Notes: generated by a model from the letters alone, not told the origin. Shown: positions 19,408 through 29,082, counted from the first letter of the stretch. The stretch: 64,000 bases of DNA from Terriglobia bacterium (GCA_965223005.1 CBDCVK010000005.1:1-64000), one strand, 5' to 3'. Translations and numbers: made by a program.

Positions 19408-21276
19408 ATGTCCACCACGGCGACCGTCACACGCGAAGCCGACTTTCAGCAACTTCAGCGGGACCGCATCATTAACGACCTGAGTATTCAGGTCGCCACC
19501 GTGAACGGTTCCGGCAGCCAGACGGCCAATATGATCCTGCTGCGCGCCATTTTCCAGATGGGCGTGCCCGTTTCCGGCAAGAACTTGTTCCCCTCCAATA
19601 TCGCTGGGCTTCCCACCTGGTACACCATCCGCGCCAACAAACATGGATACGTTGCACGCAAAAAGGAAATTGATTTCCTGGTGGCAATGAACCCGGAAAC
19701 AGCCAGGGAGGACGTTCAAGGCTTGGCGCCAGGCGCCGCCGTCGTCTACGACGAACCGCTGAACCTGAACCAGCTACGCGACGACTTGGTGTTTTACCCA
19801 GTCCCCTTTGGCAAGCTGGTGGCTACCTGCTGCCCCGACGCCAAGCTCCGCAGGCTGGTCCGGAACATGATCTACGACGGGGTGGTTGCGCGCCTGCTGG
19901 GCATTGACATAGACCAGGTCGAGAGGGCACTCCGCAAGCAGTTCAAGAAAAAGGCCAAGGCCGCCGAGCTCAACTGGAACGCCGCGAAGGTAGGCCACAG
20001 CTACGCCGAACAGAACCTTCCCAAGCGCGACCCCTACTGGGTTGAGTCAATGAACGCCACCCGGGGCAAGGTCATCATTGATGGGAACTCCGCGGCGGCG
20101 CTCGGCTGTATGTTTGCCGGCGTCACGGTAGCCACCTGGTACCCCATTACGCCTTCCTCGTCGCTGTGCGAGGCCCTGGCGCAGTACATGGAGCGCTACC
20201 GCACCGACCCGGAAACCGGCAAGGCCACCTTCGCCATCGTTCAGGCGGAAGATGAACTTGCCGCCATCGGCATGGTTCTGGGAGCCAGCTGGGCCGGGGC
20301 TCGCTCCATGACCTCCACTTCCGGTCCCGGAATCTCACTGATGTCGGAATTCGTCGGTCTGGGCTACTACGTGGAATTGCCGGCGGTGATCTTTAACATT
20401 CAGCGCGTCGGGCCTTCCACCGGCCTGCCCACCCGCACCATGCAAGGCGACATCCTGTCTACTGCGTTCCTCTCCCATGGCGACACCAAACACGTGATGC
20501 TGTTTCCGTGCTCGGTCGACGAAGTCTTTGCCATGGCCCAGGAGGCATTCAATCTGGCCGACGAGCTGCAGACGCCGGTGTTCATCATGAGTGATCTGGA
20601 CCTGGGGATGAACAATTGGATGTCGGACCCGTTTCCCTATCCCGCCAAGTCCCTGCGGCGGGGCAAGGTCCTCTCAGCGGAAGACTTGGACAGAGTGAAG
20701 CAATGGGGGCGCTACAAGGACGTGGATGGCGACGCCATACCGTACCGCACACTGCCCGGTACGCGTCATCCCCGCGCCGCCTGGTTTGCTCGAGGCAGCG
20801 GCCACAACGAGAATGCCGAGTACACCGAGCGCTCCGCCGACTATGAGGACAACATGGACCGGCTGGCCCGCAAGTTCGAAACCGCGCGCCAGATGCTGCC
20901 AGCTGCGGAGGTGGACGAGCATGGTGCGGAGGTGGGCATCATCGCCTTTGGCACTACCCACTGGGCCATCGTCGAAACACGCGACCAGCTTCGCGCTGAG
21001 CATGGCATGGAAACCGATTACTTGCGCCTGCGCGGCTACCCGTTTACCAGCACAGTCAAGGAGTTCATTCACCGCCATCGGCGCGTTTACGTGGTGGAAC
21101 AGAACCGCGACGGCCAGATGTACGACCTGCTCCGGGTTGACCTGGCTTTGGGCGACCTGGAGAAGCTGCGCAGCATTCGCCACTACAACGGCCTCCCGGT
21201 GGATGCCCGCAGCGTGACCGACGGCATCCTCGCCCAGGAAGGAATCCCCGCCGAGCAGAAAGCAGCGGCAAGATGA
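19408..21276 (+). CDS. korA: 2-oxoacid:ferredoxin oxidoreductase alpha subunit
   Basis: 'TVNGSGSQ', 'WYPITPSS', 'QAEDELAAIG', 'TSGPGISLM', 'QRVGPSTGLPT', 'VEQN..GQ'. Confidence 0.95.
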   Translation: MSTTATVTREADFQQLQRDRIINDLSIQVATVNGSGSQTANMILLRAIFQMGVPVSGKNLFPSNIAGLPTWYTIRANKHGYVARKKEIDFLVAMNPETAREDVQGLAPGAAVVYDEPLNLNQLRDDLVFYPVPFGKLVATCCPDAKLRRLVRNMIYDGVVARLLGIDIDQVERALRKQFKKKAKAAELNWNAAKVGHSYAEQNLPKRDPYWVESMNATRGKVIIDGNSAAALGCMFAGVTVATWYPITPSSSLCEALAQYMERYRTDPETGKATFAIVQAEDELAAIGMVLGASWAGARSMTSTSGPGISLMSEFVGLGYYVELPAVIFNIQRVGPSTGLPTRTMQGDILSTAFLSHGDTKHVMLFPCSVDEVFAMAQEAFNLADELQTPVFIMSDLDLGMNNWMSDPFPYPAKSLRRGKVLSAEDLDRVKQWGRYKDVDGDAIPYRTLPGTRHPRAAWFARGSGHNENAEYTERSADYEDNMDRLARKFETARQMLPAAEVDEHGAEVGIIAFGTTHWAIVETRDQLRAEHGMETDYLRLRGYPFTSTVKEFIHRHRRVYVVEQNRDGQMYDLLRVDLALGDLEKLRSIRHYNGLPVDARSVTDGILAQEGIPAEQKAAAR

Positions 21277-22304
21277 GCGCCACACCTCAGAAACTGAACC
21301 GCGTCGGGTTGGATCTGGCCGTCTACCGTGGCGGCAAGACTACACTGTGCGCCGGCTGCGGCCACAACGCCATCTCCGAGCGCATCATCGACGCCTTCTA
21401 CGATCTGGGGGTCGACCCCTACCAGGTAACCAAGTTCAGCGGGATCGGCTGCTCCAGCAAGACGCCCGCCTACTTTCTGCAAGGCTCGCACGGCTTCAAT
21501 AGCGTCCATGGCCGGATGCCTTCTGTGGCGACCGGGGCAGCGCTTGCCAATCGCAACCTGGTTCAAATCGGGGTCAGTGGCGACGGCGACACCGCCTCGA
21601 TCGGCATCGGACAGTTTGTCCACCTCATGCGCCGCAACCTGCCCATCATCTACGTCATCGAGAACAACGGCGTCTACGGGCTCACTAAAGGCCAGTTCTC
21701 GGCCACGGCCGACACGGGGTCGAAGCTGAAGAGCGGCGCGGTCAATGACCTGCCAACGATTGACTGCTGCGCCCTGGCGATTCAGTTAGGTGCCACTTTC
21801 GTGGGCCGTTCGTTCTCCGGCGACAAGAAGCAACTGCTGGCCCTGCTGAAGGCGGCCACCTCCCACCGCGGCGCCATCCTGCTGGACATCATTTCCCCGT
21901 GTGTCGCCTTCAACGACCACGAGGGTTCAACCAAGAGCTACTCCTACATGAAGCAGCACGAGGAGCCGCTGCACGAGATTGACTTCATTCCAACCTATAA
22001 AGAGATCGACGTGGATTATGAGCCCGGCCAAACGACGGAGGTCGAGATGCACGACGGCTCGCGAGTGGTGCTGCGGAAGCTCGGCCACGACTACGATCCC
22101 ACCAGCAAGTCTGGCGCGCTTGGGGCCCTACTAGAATCGCAGCAGACAGGGCACGTCCTCACGGGTTTGCTCTATCTGGAAACCCGCCAAAAGAATTTTC
22201 TGGATTTACTGAACATGGTGGACGCACCACTGGCCTCTCTGCCCGAAGACAGTGTCCGGCCAAACAAAGAGGTGCTGGACGAGATCATGGAAGAACTCCG
22301 CTAG
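21273..22304 (+). CDS. korB: 2-oxoacid:ferredoxin oxidoreductase beta subunit
   Basis: 'LCAGCGH', 'SGIGCS', 'HGR', TPP motif 'GDGD...NNGVYGLTKGQ', 'SPCV'. Confidence 0.95.
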   Translation: MSATPQKLNRVGLDLAVYRGGKTTLCAGCGHNAISERIIDAFYDLGVDPYQVTKFSGIGCSSKTPAYFLQGSHGFNSVHGRMPSVATGAALANRNLVQIGVSGDGDTASIGIGQFVHLMRRNLPIIYVIENNGVYGLTKGQFSATADTGSKLKSGAVNDLPTIDCCALAIQLGATFVGRSFSGDKKQLLALLKAATSHRGAILLDIISPCVAFNDHEGSTKSYSYMKQHEEPLHEIDFIPTYKEIDVDYEPGQTTEVEMHDGSRVVLRKLGHDYDPTSKSGALGALLESQQTGHVLTGLLYLETRQKNFLDLLNMVDAPLASLPEDSVRPNKEVLDEIMEELR

Positions 22305-22552
22305 CCCGACGCATTTCTTAACTCACTGTCAGGTCCGGTCTAGGCATAGCTGAACATCCTGGAAATCTCCTGTTCTAGCTCGTTCTGCTGCACGACGGTG
22401 CAGAGCGCAAGAGCCATGACTGGCGCGGGTTTCATCAGGTTGGACCGGGCGACGCTGCCGCTCCGGGCAGAGCTTGCCAAAGCCGTGATTGCATTGCTGC
22501 ACGAAGAAGCCTGCGGATTTCTTACGTGTTGAAAAGAAAGAGAATAGAATTC

Positions 22553-22581
22553 TTGACTCATTTTTGCGCGAAGAGTAAAAA
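22553..22581 (+). promoter_or_regulatory. Sigma70-like promoter of the putative large ncRNA
   Basis: TTGACT-N17-TAAAAA preceded by an A-rich tract (22531-22552); predicted start ~22588-22589 coincides with the first base of the terminal stem. Confidence 0.6.
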
Positions 22582-22588
22582 GACGCCC

Positions 22589-23331
22589 GGGTTCCGAGAG
22601 ATCTGGAAGGCAGGCTAAGCCTTCTGCTGAAGATTGCGGATCCCGAACAGCTGATCTCAGCCGCAAGGTTGGGATCAGAAGGACCTGAAGGGAACCTGTG
22701 GACGACTGGTTCGCAAGTCATTGCGGGCCGGCAGGAACCCAGGGGAAATCCCGGACGGCCAGTCAGAGCGCCCGCAAGGGTGACCCGACTGGAAAAACCC
22801 AGGGAGGAACTGGAAGCGCGGCGGCGTTAGCTGAAAGGCTCCGCCGTCGAAGAACTGAGCAGGAAGCGCAGGCTGGCTCGGGGCCGCAAGGCGCCGGGTT
22901 GGAACTGCAGAGATGGCTCGGTCACCGAACCTCGCTGCAAGGCGCGGGGCAGGGATAGCCAGGGAAACCACTGGGGGCCTAAATCCCGATCGAAAGGTCG
23001 GGAGGAGGGTCGGACCGGAGGACCCTTGGACGCCAACCCGGGGAGCTGAAGAGGTTTTTCGGGAAGGATCGACAGGAGAATATCCGGCTGTGAAAAGGCT
23101 GGAGTCGCAAGATTTCAGCTGAGTAAGAGTCGGGGATACCGTACGCGGCAACCCTGATTTCGGTGCCTTTCTGCCGCAAGGCAGGAAGGTCGAGCGTCGA
23201 CGACGAGCGGAATCGGGGAAGAGCGCACGCGGAGCTTCAGGCGCCTATCCTGGGAGAACCGGGAACGGACGTTCGGGGGATCGTAGTCGAGACGGAAGAG
23301 GAGAGCTTGCCCGAGAGGTCACTCGGGACCC
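22589..23331 (+). ncRNA. Large highly structured non-coding RNA (~743 nt), class unassigned
   Basis: Six nested 5'/3' long-range helices, at least 8 GCAA/GAAA-capped hairpins with many G-U pairs, purine-rich linkers, upstream promoter, no credible ORF. Confidence 0.82.
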
Positions 23332-23358
23332 AATTTCATTGAGCCACCCGCGACCGAC

Positions 23359-23384
23359 GAGCCGCGATCGTGAGGGAGCGGCTC
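23359..23384. terminator. GC hairpin directly after the stop of the convergent gene
   Basis: GAGCCGC-N12-GCGGCTC; no clear U-tract. Confidence 0.35.
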
Positions 23385-24704
23385 CTACTTCTTCTCCAGC
23401 GAAGCGCAGAGGATTTCTTTGTCGTTACGTGCGAAGATGTGCTTGTTCGCGTAAGCGGGATGCGACCAGTTCACCGCGCCAAGTTCGCGACGCCTGCTGA
23501 CGCGGGACGTCGGCTGAATCAGCTTCGTGCGACTGATTTCCCGATACCCTGCGGGCGACAACTTTGCAATGATCAACTCGCCGCGGTCGTTGTTAATGAA
23601 GTAGCGATCCCCGTGGCGGACGATAAACCCTGCCGCCCATCTGGCTCGTTCTTTCGTCACCGCAAGGGTTTCCCAAATGCGCTCACCCGTTTTGGCGTTC
23701 AAGCAACGTAATTGGCCATAGCTGCAGATGCCATAGATGTAATCTCCGGCAATGACGGGCGTCGAAATGAGCGCGTGCAAACCGTCGGTTTTGATCTCGC
23801 TGCCGCTCTTGCCCTTCCATCTCAGGCGGCCGCGAGGTTTGGCCGGATTGAGTTCCAGCATCATGCTGCCGTTGTAAAACGAGGAGACCAGCAGGTGCGC
23901 CCCGCTCCGTACCGGAGTTGCGACTGTGAGGCCGGAGCGAACCTTGAAGGGTTGCTCCCAGTAAATCTTGCCGGTCACCGGGTTCAGGGAGGTTAGCGCC
24001 TCAGGATGCCAGATCAGCAGTTGCCGCGTGCCGCCAGCCTGGATGAGGACCGGCGGGCAATACCCAGGCTCGCTGCTCGAAGGAAGGGACCGCCAGATTT
24101 CTTTCCCAGTCATTTTGTCGAACGCCACCACCTTGGCGTCCGGCTTGCCTCCCACCAGGGCGATGAGTCGCGCCCTGTCCACCACCGGCGCGCCGGTCAT
24201 TCCCCAGACCGGTATCTCGGTCCCGTAATCGTTCACAAAATCTTTCTTCCACAGGATCGCACCGTCCTTGACGCTGAGGCAGAGGAGAATGCCGGTGGTG
24301 CCCAGGGCGTACACGCGATCGCCGTCCACCGTCGGCGTGGTTCGCGGCCCGATCGCATACATTTCCATCAGGCCCGTATAGTCGGACTCCCACTCTCGCG
24401 TCCAAAGAATGCGGCCTGTTTCTTCGTCTAGACAGAGGAGTCGCTCGATCCCTTTGTTCGCTTCCGTAGGAGAGAAATCCAGGACAAACACCCGACCTCC
24501 CGCCACGGCCGGGCCGCTGTAGCCTCCCTTGATTGGGGTCCGCCACTTAATCTGCAGTCCCTTTTCAGAGAAGGTTTCCAGAACCCCGGTTTCCGTCCAC
24601 ACACCGAGTCGGCCCTTCCCCCGCCATTCCGGCCACTCCTCAGCCCGCACGGAAACCGCTACAAGGAGCAGCAAACTCCACCCCAGGAGGCATCGGCGAT
24701 CCAT
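23385..24704 (-). CDS. PQQ-like (BamB-like) beta-propeller repeat protein, secreted
   Basis: Signal peptide, 'EWPEWRG', repeated 'L.CL...TG.ILW' blades, 'WSHPAYAN..IFAR'. Confidence 0.88.
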   Translation of the reverse strand: MDRRCLLGWSLLLLVAVSVRAEEWPEWRGKGRLGVWTETGVLETFSEKGLQIKWRTPIKGGYSGPAVAGGRVFVLDFSPTEANKGIERLLCLDEETGRILWTREWESDYTGLMEMYAIGPRTTPTVDGDRVYALGTTGILLCLSVKDGAILWKKDFVNDYGTEIPVWGMTGAPVVDRARLIALVGGKPDAKVVAFDKMTGKEIWRSLPSSSEPGYCPPVLIQAGGTRQLLIWHPEALTSLNPVTGKIYWEQPFKVRSGLTVATPVRSGAHLLVSSFYNGSMMLELNPAKPRGRLRWKGKSGSEIKTDGLHALISTPVIAGDYIYGICSYGQLRCLNAKTGERIWETLAVTKERARWAAGFIVRHGDRYFINNDRGELIIAKLSPAGYREISRTKLIQPTSRVSRRRELGAVNWSHPAYANKHIFARNDKEILCASLEKK

Positions 24705-24788
24705 GGCAGGAAAGTATATAAGCTAATCTGACAGGATGCTGAAAGAGTTGCGCGTTACGGTTCTCATGATCGAGACCAGCGCCGTGGT

Positions 24789-25532
24789 TTACCGTGCCTC
24801 CGCTGGATTGAGTTTGGAGGAGTCTGGCAGGCGGATCTGCATGCAGAGATTCATTACAGGGGTGACTTCATGATAGATCGCCAGCATGGCCTCCACCAAG
24901 TCCAGCCCCGTGGAGCTTCGCACCTCGGGCTCCTCCATGCGGTAGTAGAGCTGGAAGCCGCACCAGTCGCTCGCCGGGGCGCTCTGCAAGGCACGCCGCA
25001 GCCGGGCGGCCCCGGGAAAATTCCTCTGCCCGTAGCTCTGGGGCTGGTCCCAGCTTCCGGCATGGAGCCAAAAGCCTTCGCGCTCGACCAACCGGCGAAG
25101 TTCCCGCTCCAGCGGGCTGCGCGGCGTTAAGCCCTGAAGCAGCCGGTGCCAGTCCCAATCTGAGCGCAGCCGGGCCTGGGGAAAGCCACGTGGCGCTCTC
25201 AGGTATCCACGCTCGACCTGCATCCCGCATTTGAATTGCCGCTCTTCGGTATCAACCATGAGGAAAAACTTGGAACAGCCGAAATTGATGTGGTTCGATT
25301 CCGGTTTGGCCAGACGGTTGGCGCGGAGCAGGAAACAGATCCACTGCCAGAAGACGCCGCGGCCCCAGCGGTCGGTGACGAAAGGCTGCTGATAGCGGCT
25401 CTCCAGGGCCAGCTTCAGGATCCGGGTGATTCGCTCGTGCGGTTCCAGGTTCCCTACCCGGATGCCGCGGCGGAAGTCCAGGAACTCCGGACGAAACCCA
25501 ATGGCCACACGGGGAATGGGTAATTCTGCCAC
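24789..25532 (-). CDS. Hypothetical protein (247 aa)
   Basis: Long ORF with globular composition, GTG start, fills the space between two co-oriented genes. Confidence 0.7.
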   Translation of the reverse strand: MAELPIPRVAIGFRPEFLDFRRGIRVGNLEPHERITRILKLALESRYQQPFVTDRWGRGVFWQWICFLLRANRLAKPESNHINFGCSKFFLMVDTEERQFKCGMQVERGYLRAPRGFPQARLRSDWDWHRLLQGLTPRSPLERELRRLVEREGFWLHAGSWDQPQSYGQRNFPGAARLRRALQSAPASDWCGFQLYYRMEEPEVRSSTGLDLVEAMLAIYHEVTPVMNLCMQIRLPDSSKLNPAEAR

Positions 25533-25578
25533 AGCCTTGTCGCTTTCTAGTTCGGACGATGGTTAGCCCGTGCTGCGG

Positions 25579-27417
25579 CTAGCCCGGACGATGGCCGAGA
25601 GTGACCCTGGCAGTGATCCTCTGCTGCTTCCGTATCACCACGATCCCCACTTCATCACCCGGCTGGTGAGCCCGGAGCAGGTAGGTGAAGTCGTAAAGGT
25701 TCTTCACGGCCTTGCCATCAAACTCCACCAGGATGTCACCCGCCTGGAGTCCGGCGCTGGCAGCGGGACTGCCATCTTTGATGTCGGCGAAGCGCACGCC
25801 GTTTTCCACTTCGGCGAAGTCTGGAATGCTTCCAAAATAAGGCCCGTAGCCGCCGCCGCTGGGAGCGGAACTGGAGGCAATACCTGGCTCAGCCACCCGG
25901 ACAAAGAGGGGGCGCTGGGGATGGGCGTTTAGCCGAAGCGCCACCCGCCGGACCAGTCGGAGCACGTCGGCTGCACCAGGAGCATTGATCTTTTCCCAGG
26001 TATCGCTGGGCTTGTGGTAGTCCGAGTGCAAGCCGGAAAAAAAGAACAGCACCGGCACCTGGCGCGCCGTAAAGGAGGAGTGATCGCTGGCGCCGTATCC
26101 TCCCAGCGAATACTTCAGCGTTAGCCCAACATTCTTGTTCTCTTCTTCCACCAGTGCGCGGAACTCCTGGGACGTCCCCACACCGCCCACGTAAACCCTG
26201 CGGTCTTTCGGGCGGCCTATCATGTCCAAATTGATCATGGCGATCGTCTTCTCCATGGCGACCAGCGGATTGCGGGCGTAATGGCCGGAGCCGAGCAGGC
26301 CCAGCTCCTCCGCGGCGAAGGCCAGGAACACGATACTGCGCTTCAGTTTCCCAGGCTGCTGCTCAGCCCGGCCAGACAGGTCGCAGGCCAGCTCCAACAG
26401 TCCAGCCGTTCCGGAGGCATTGTCGTCAGCTCCGTAGTGGATTTTCCCGACCTTCCGACGGGCCAGCGAGCTGCGCCGGCCCAGGCCGAGATGATCATAA
26501 TGCGCGCCGATTACCACGGCTTCGCCGGCCAGCACCGGGTCATTGCCGGGCAGGATGCCGACGACGTTTTCCAGCTCCCGTGTGCGCCGGGTTACGTCCA
26601 CCTTCAATTGGACCCGGACAGGAAGGGCTACGGAAAGGTTGGACAGATCGTGGTCAATGGCTTCCTGTACAGCTTTCAGACTCCTGCGGGTCGTCGCGAG
26701 CAGCGCATCGGCAACCTTCCGTTTCACGTGAATGGCCAGCAGCCCCAGGTGCTCGGGTCCCATCAGCGCGCCCACTTTCAGCAGCGGATCCTTATCGCCA
26801 GGGTGCTGGTTGGGGTCGTTCACCAGGAGCAGCGCCGCCGCTCCGTGCAGCCGCGCGTTGATGGTCTTTTGCACGATACCTGCGTGGCTGGTGTACTCGC
26901 GGCCCATGAACACGCTCTTGTCGTCCCGCTCTTGCGGCTCGTGGCGAAGCACCAGCACGATCTTTCCCTTCACGTCCAGGTGCGCGTAATCGTCGTAGTT
27001 GTACTCGGCGGCGGTGATCCCGTAGCCGGCAAACACTACCTGACCGGAGACCGTGCCAGGATCGCTGATTCCCAATGACACGAAGTCCTTGCCACTCTTG
27101 TAGGACTTGGTGGTGTCCGGGAACCGGGCCGTCAGGCGATTGTTGCGACCGACGCTAGTACCCGTCGTCGCCCGGAATTTCTGAAAGTAGCTGCCGTTGA
27201 GCGGCTGAAGGCCGCAGGCGCGGAATTGCTTGGCCACGTATTTGGCGGCCAGTTGCAGTTCCGGCCGGTCGTTGCCACGGCCTTTCATCTCCTCACCGGC
27301 CAGCACCTTGACGTGCTCCAGATAGCGCTCCGGCGAAATGTCGGCCCGCGCGCCGCCTGGCGGAGTTGCCAGCAGTAAACAAAAAACCGCGCACCCACGA
27401 TAGAAAATGGCCTTCAT
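25579..27417 (-). CDS. M28 family aminopeptidase with PA and PDZ domains
   Basis: 'GAHYDHLG', 'GADDNASG', 'AEELGLLGS', 'NLDMIG', 'SDH', 'YHKPSD'; PA insert 'VFAGYGI'; C-terminal PDZ 'YFGSIPD...GSPA..AGLQAGD'. Confidence 0.93.
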   Translation of the reverse strand: MKAIFYRGCAVFCLLLATPPGGARADISPERYLEHVKVLAGEEMKGRGNDRPELQLAAKYVAKQFRACGLQPLNGSYFQKFRATTGTSVGRNNRLTARFPDTTKSYKSGKDFVSLGISDPGTVSGQVVFAGYGITAAEYNYDDYAHLDVKGKIVLVLRHEPQERDDKSVFMGREYTSHAGIVQKTINARLHGAAALLLVNDPNQHPGDKDPLLKVGALMGPEHLGLLAIHVKRKVADALLATTRRSLKAVQEAIDHDLSNLSVALPVRVQLKVDVTRRTRELENVVGILPGNDPVLAGEAVVIGAHYDHLGLGRRSSLARRKVGKIHYGADDNASGTAGLLELACDLSGRAEQQPGKLKRSIVFLAFAAEELGLLGSGHYARNPLVAMEKTIAMINLDMIGRPKDRRVYVGGVGTSQEFRALVEEENKNVGLTLKYSLGGYGASDHSSFTARQVPVLFFFSGLHSDYHKPSDTWEKINAPGAADVLRLVRRVALRLNAHPQRPLFVRVAEPGIASSSAPSGGGYGPYFGSIPDFAEVENGVRFADIKDGSPAASAGLQAGDILVEFDGKAVKNLYDFTYLLRAHQPGDEVGIVVIRKQQRITARVTLGHRPG

Positions 27418-27546
27418 GCCCACACCTAATGCCATCTCTAATAATTGTAGCCGAAGAATAGCCCGCTGGTCAGAATTGCCACGCACCACAGTGCCGCGCC
27501 GGCCTCTGGTCCGTCCGAGTTGAGCCTCTGGAGGGGCTGGAAGGTC

Positions 27547-28200
27547 TTACTGCTCGGCGCGGCCAAACACGCCGATCGCGAACGGCATCGGCTCGCCGCA
27601 TTTGGTGGAGACCCTGATCTTCAGGATCCAATTTTCCTCGTAGTCTTTCGTCAGGGTCGGTTCGGTCACGCTTTCGGGAGAGGCCAGCGGAAAAACCGCC
27701 GGATGGCCGGTCCCGGAGGCTTTGCGGCTCAAAGCCACAACCTCAGCGAACGGCAGTTGAGCGGCGGGGTTGGAGTCGGCGGCGAGGGGGACCAGCAAGA
27801 TGAAGTCCCGGTACTGTGCGGCGCCCATATGATTCCCATCGGCTGGCATTCGGGCGTAGCGCATGGTGTAGAGACCGGGGTTCATGGACTGGCCGCGAAA
27901 ATCAGAACCTTTGGTGACAAAGCGCCACACCCCTAGAAACGCTCCCTCAGCAAGTCCGGTGTAGAGGACGTCGCCCTCGGGAGGTTTGGCTGCCCCGGCC
28001 AGGGCCTTGTGCAGCCACAATTCGGCGTAGGGTGCATCCGCTTTCACGACCCGGAGGCCCAGCGCTTCCACCAGATCCTTCAGCGCAGCCGGAACTTCCT
28101 CCGGAGCGGCCGCTCCCTTCTCCAGCTTATAGTCGGCCACGGCGGGAACCGTGGCCAGACAGACTGCCAGCGTCAGCAAGGATGCGAATCGAATCGACAT
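27547..28200 (-). CDS. Secreted hypothetical protein
   Basis: Signal peptide from ATG 28200; conserved-looking core 'DFRGQ...PGLYTMRY..MPADGNHMG...RDF'. Confidence 0.7.
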   Translation of the reverse strand: MSIRFASLLTLAVCLATVPAVADYKLEKGAAAPEEVPAALKDLVEALGLRVVKADAPYAELWLHKALAGAAKPPEGDVLYTGLAEGAFLGVWRFVTKGSDFRGQSMNPGLYTMRYARMPADGNHMGAAQYRDFILLVPLAADSNPAAQLPFAEVVALSRKASGTGHPAVFPLASPESVTEPTLTKDYEENWILKIRVSTKCGEPMPFAIGVFGRAEQ

Positions 28201-28309
28201 GCGGTCCCTCATTCCTGTAAACACTCCTGCAAAACAAAAAGGGAGAAGCCACGACACATAGCTCCTCCCCGTTCTTGCTAAGTCAAGTCCGCCTGGCCGA
28301 AAGCCAAAA

Positions 28310-28996
28310 CTATCGCGCGAACGTCGCCACAAAGGCGCTGGGCCGGTTCGGCACGCTCCAAACCGTCCCGAGGCCGTTGCCCTTGAATTCATGCGTGGTC
28401 GCGAAAGCTGGCACAGCCTCGTTCACTTGGGCCAACGGCGGATAGTAGACCTCGGGATTGGCGCAGGAGGCATCGTCGTGCCGGAGAGCCCGAGTCACGA
28501 TACGCGCCAGGTCACCGACCACGAGCTTGGCCGTCCTCCCGTGGGACTCGTGACCGCTTCCGCTCCGCGCCTCGCTGACCTCGAATTCAATCGCTGCCCT
28601 CTCGACGTGCAGGACGCTCTCGAAAAGCTCCGGAACCTGGGAACGGGCGAAGCCCACCAGCGCCTCTTCCTGCTCCTTAGTGGCCCGCTCGTCCACAATG
28701 ACAATGGAAGAGGCCGGAAGCGCGCTGTGGTGAGGGTCTCCCAGGGTGTGGCTGGCACGAACCACGCCGACCACGGCCAGGCCAGTCAATGGAACGTCGT
28801 TCCAGCCCCCCTTGGTAACCTGCCACCCCATCACCGCCTCGTTGCCGATCAAGCCGACTTCGGAGTTGGCGAAGCAGGCTCCCACGTACACGCTGGCGGT
28901 CCGAGCCTCGAGGTAGTTGCCCGAGATCTGCGCGGCGACTGCCCCGGTGGTTGCTACCAGCACCACCAAAGCCGCTGCCAGAACTGACTTGCGCAT
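28310..28996 (-). CDS. DUF1326-like secreted protein
   Basis: Signal peptide; 'G.YLEAR.ASVY.G.CFANSE', 'IVDERAT.EQ..AL'; GGAGG RBS. Confidence 0.72.
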   Translation of the reverse strand: MRKSVLAAALVVLVATTGAVAAQISGNYLEARTASVYVGACFANSEVGLIGNEAVMGWQVTKGGWNDVPLTGLAVVGVVRASHTLGDPHHSALPASSIVIVDERATKEQEEALVGFARSQVPELFESVLHVERAAIEFEVSEARSGSGHESHGRTAKLVVGDLARIVTRALRHDDASCANPEVYYPPLAQVNEAVPAFATTHEFKGNGLGTVWSVPNRPSAFVATFAR

Positions 28997-29082
28997 GCGC
29001 TGCCCTCCTTGGGAAATCAGAACCCTTCGCCTATGTCACGCCAGGCAAAGAGACCCCCTTATTTTATCACACCACTGCTGGA

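Noticed and set aside
22329-23179. Short ORFs (66-158 aa) overlapping the structured region on both strands
   Set aside because: No recognisable motifs, no good RBS, Arg/Pro/Gly/Ser-rich composition typical of spurious high-GC frames.
22651-23190. CRISPR array or REP/BIME cluster
   Set aside because: No identical repeats or cas genes; stems depend on strand-specific G-U pairs and are enclosed by a long-range stalk, unlike DNA palindromic repeats.
22589-23331. RNase P RNA, tmRNA, rRNA fragment or group I/II intron as identity of the structured region
   Set aside because: No GAGGAAAGUCC / ACAGAA.CCGGCUUA RNase P motifs, no tRNA-like ends or CCA, no recognisable rRNA sequence, no GUGCG 5' end or proper domain V, and no interrupted host gene.
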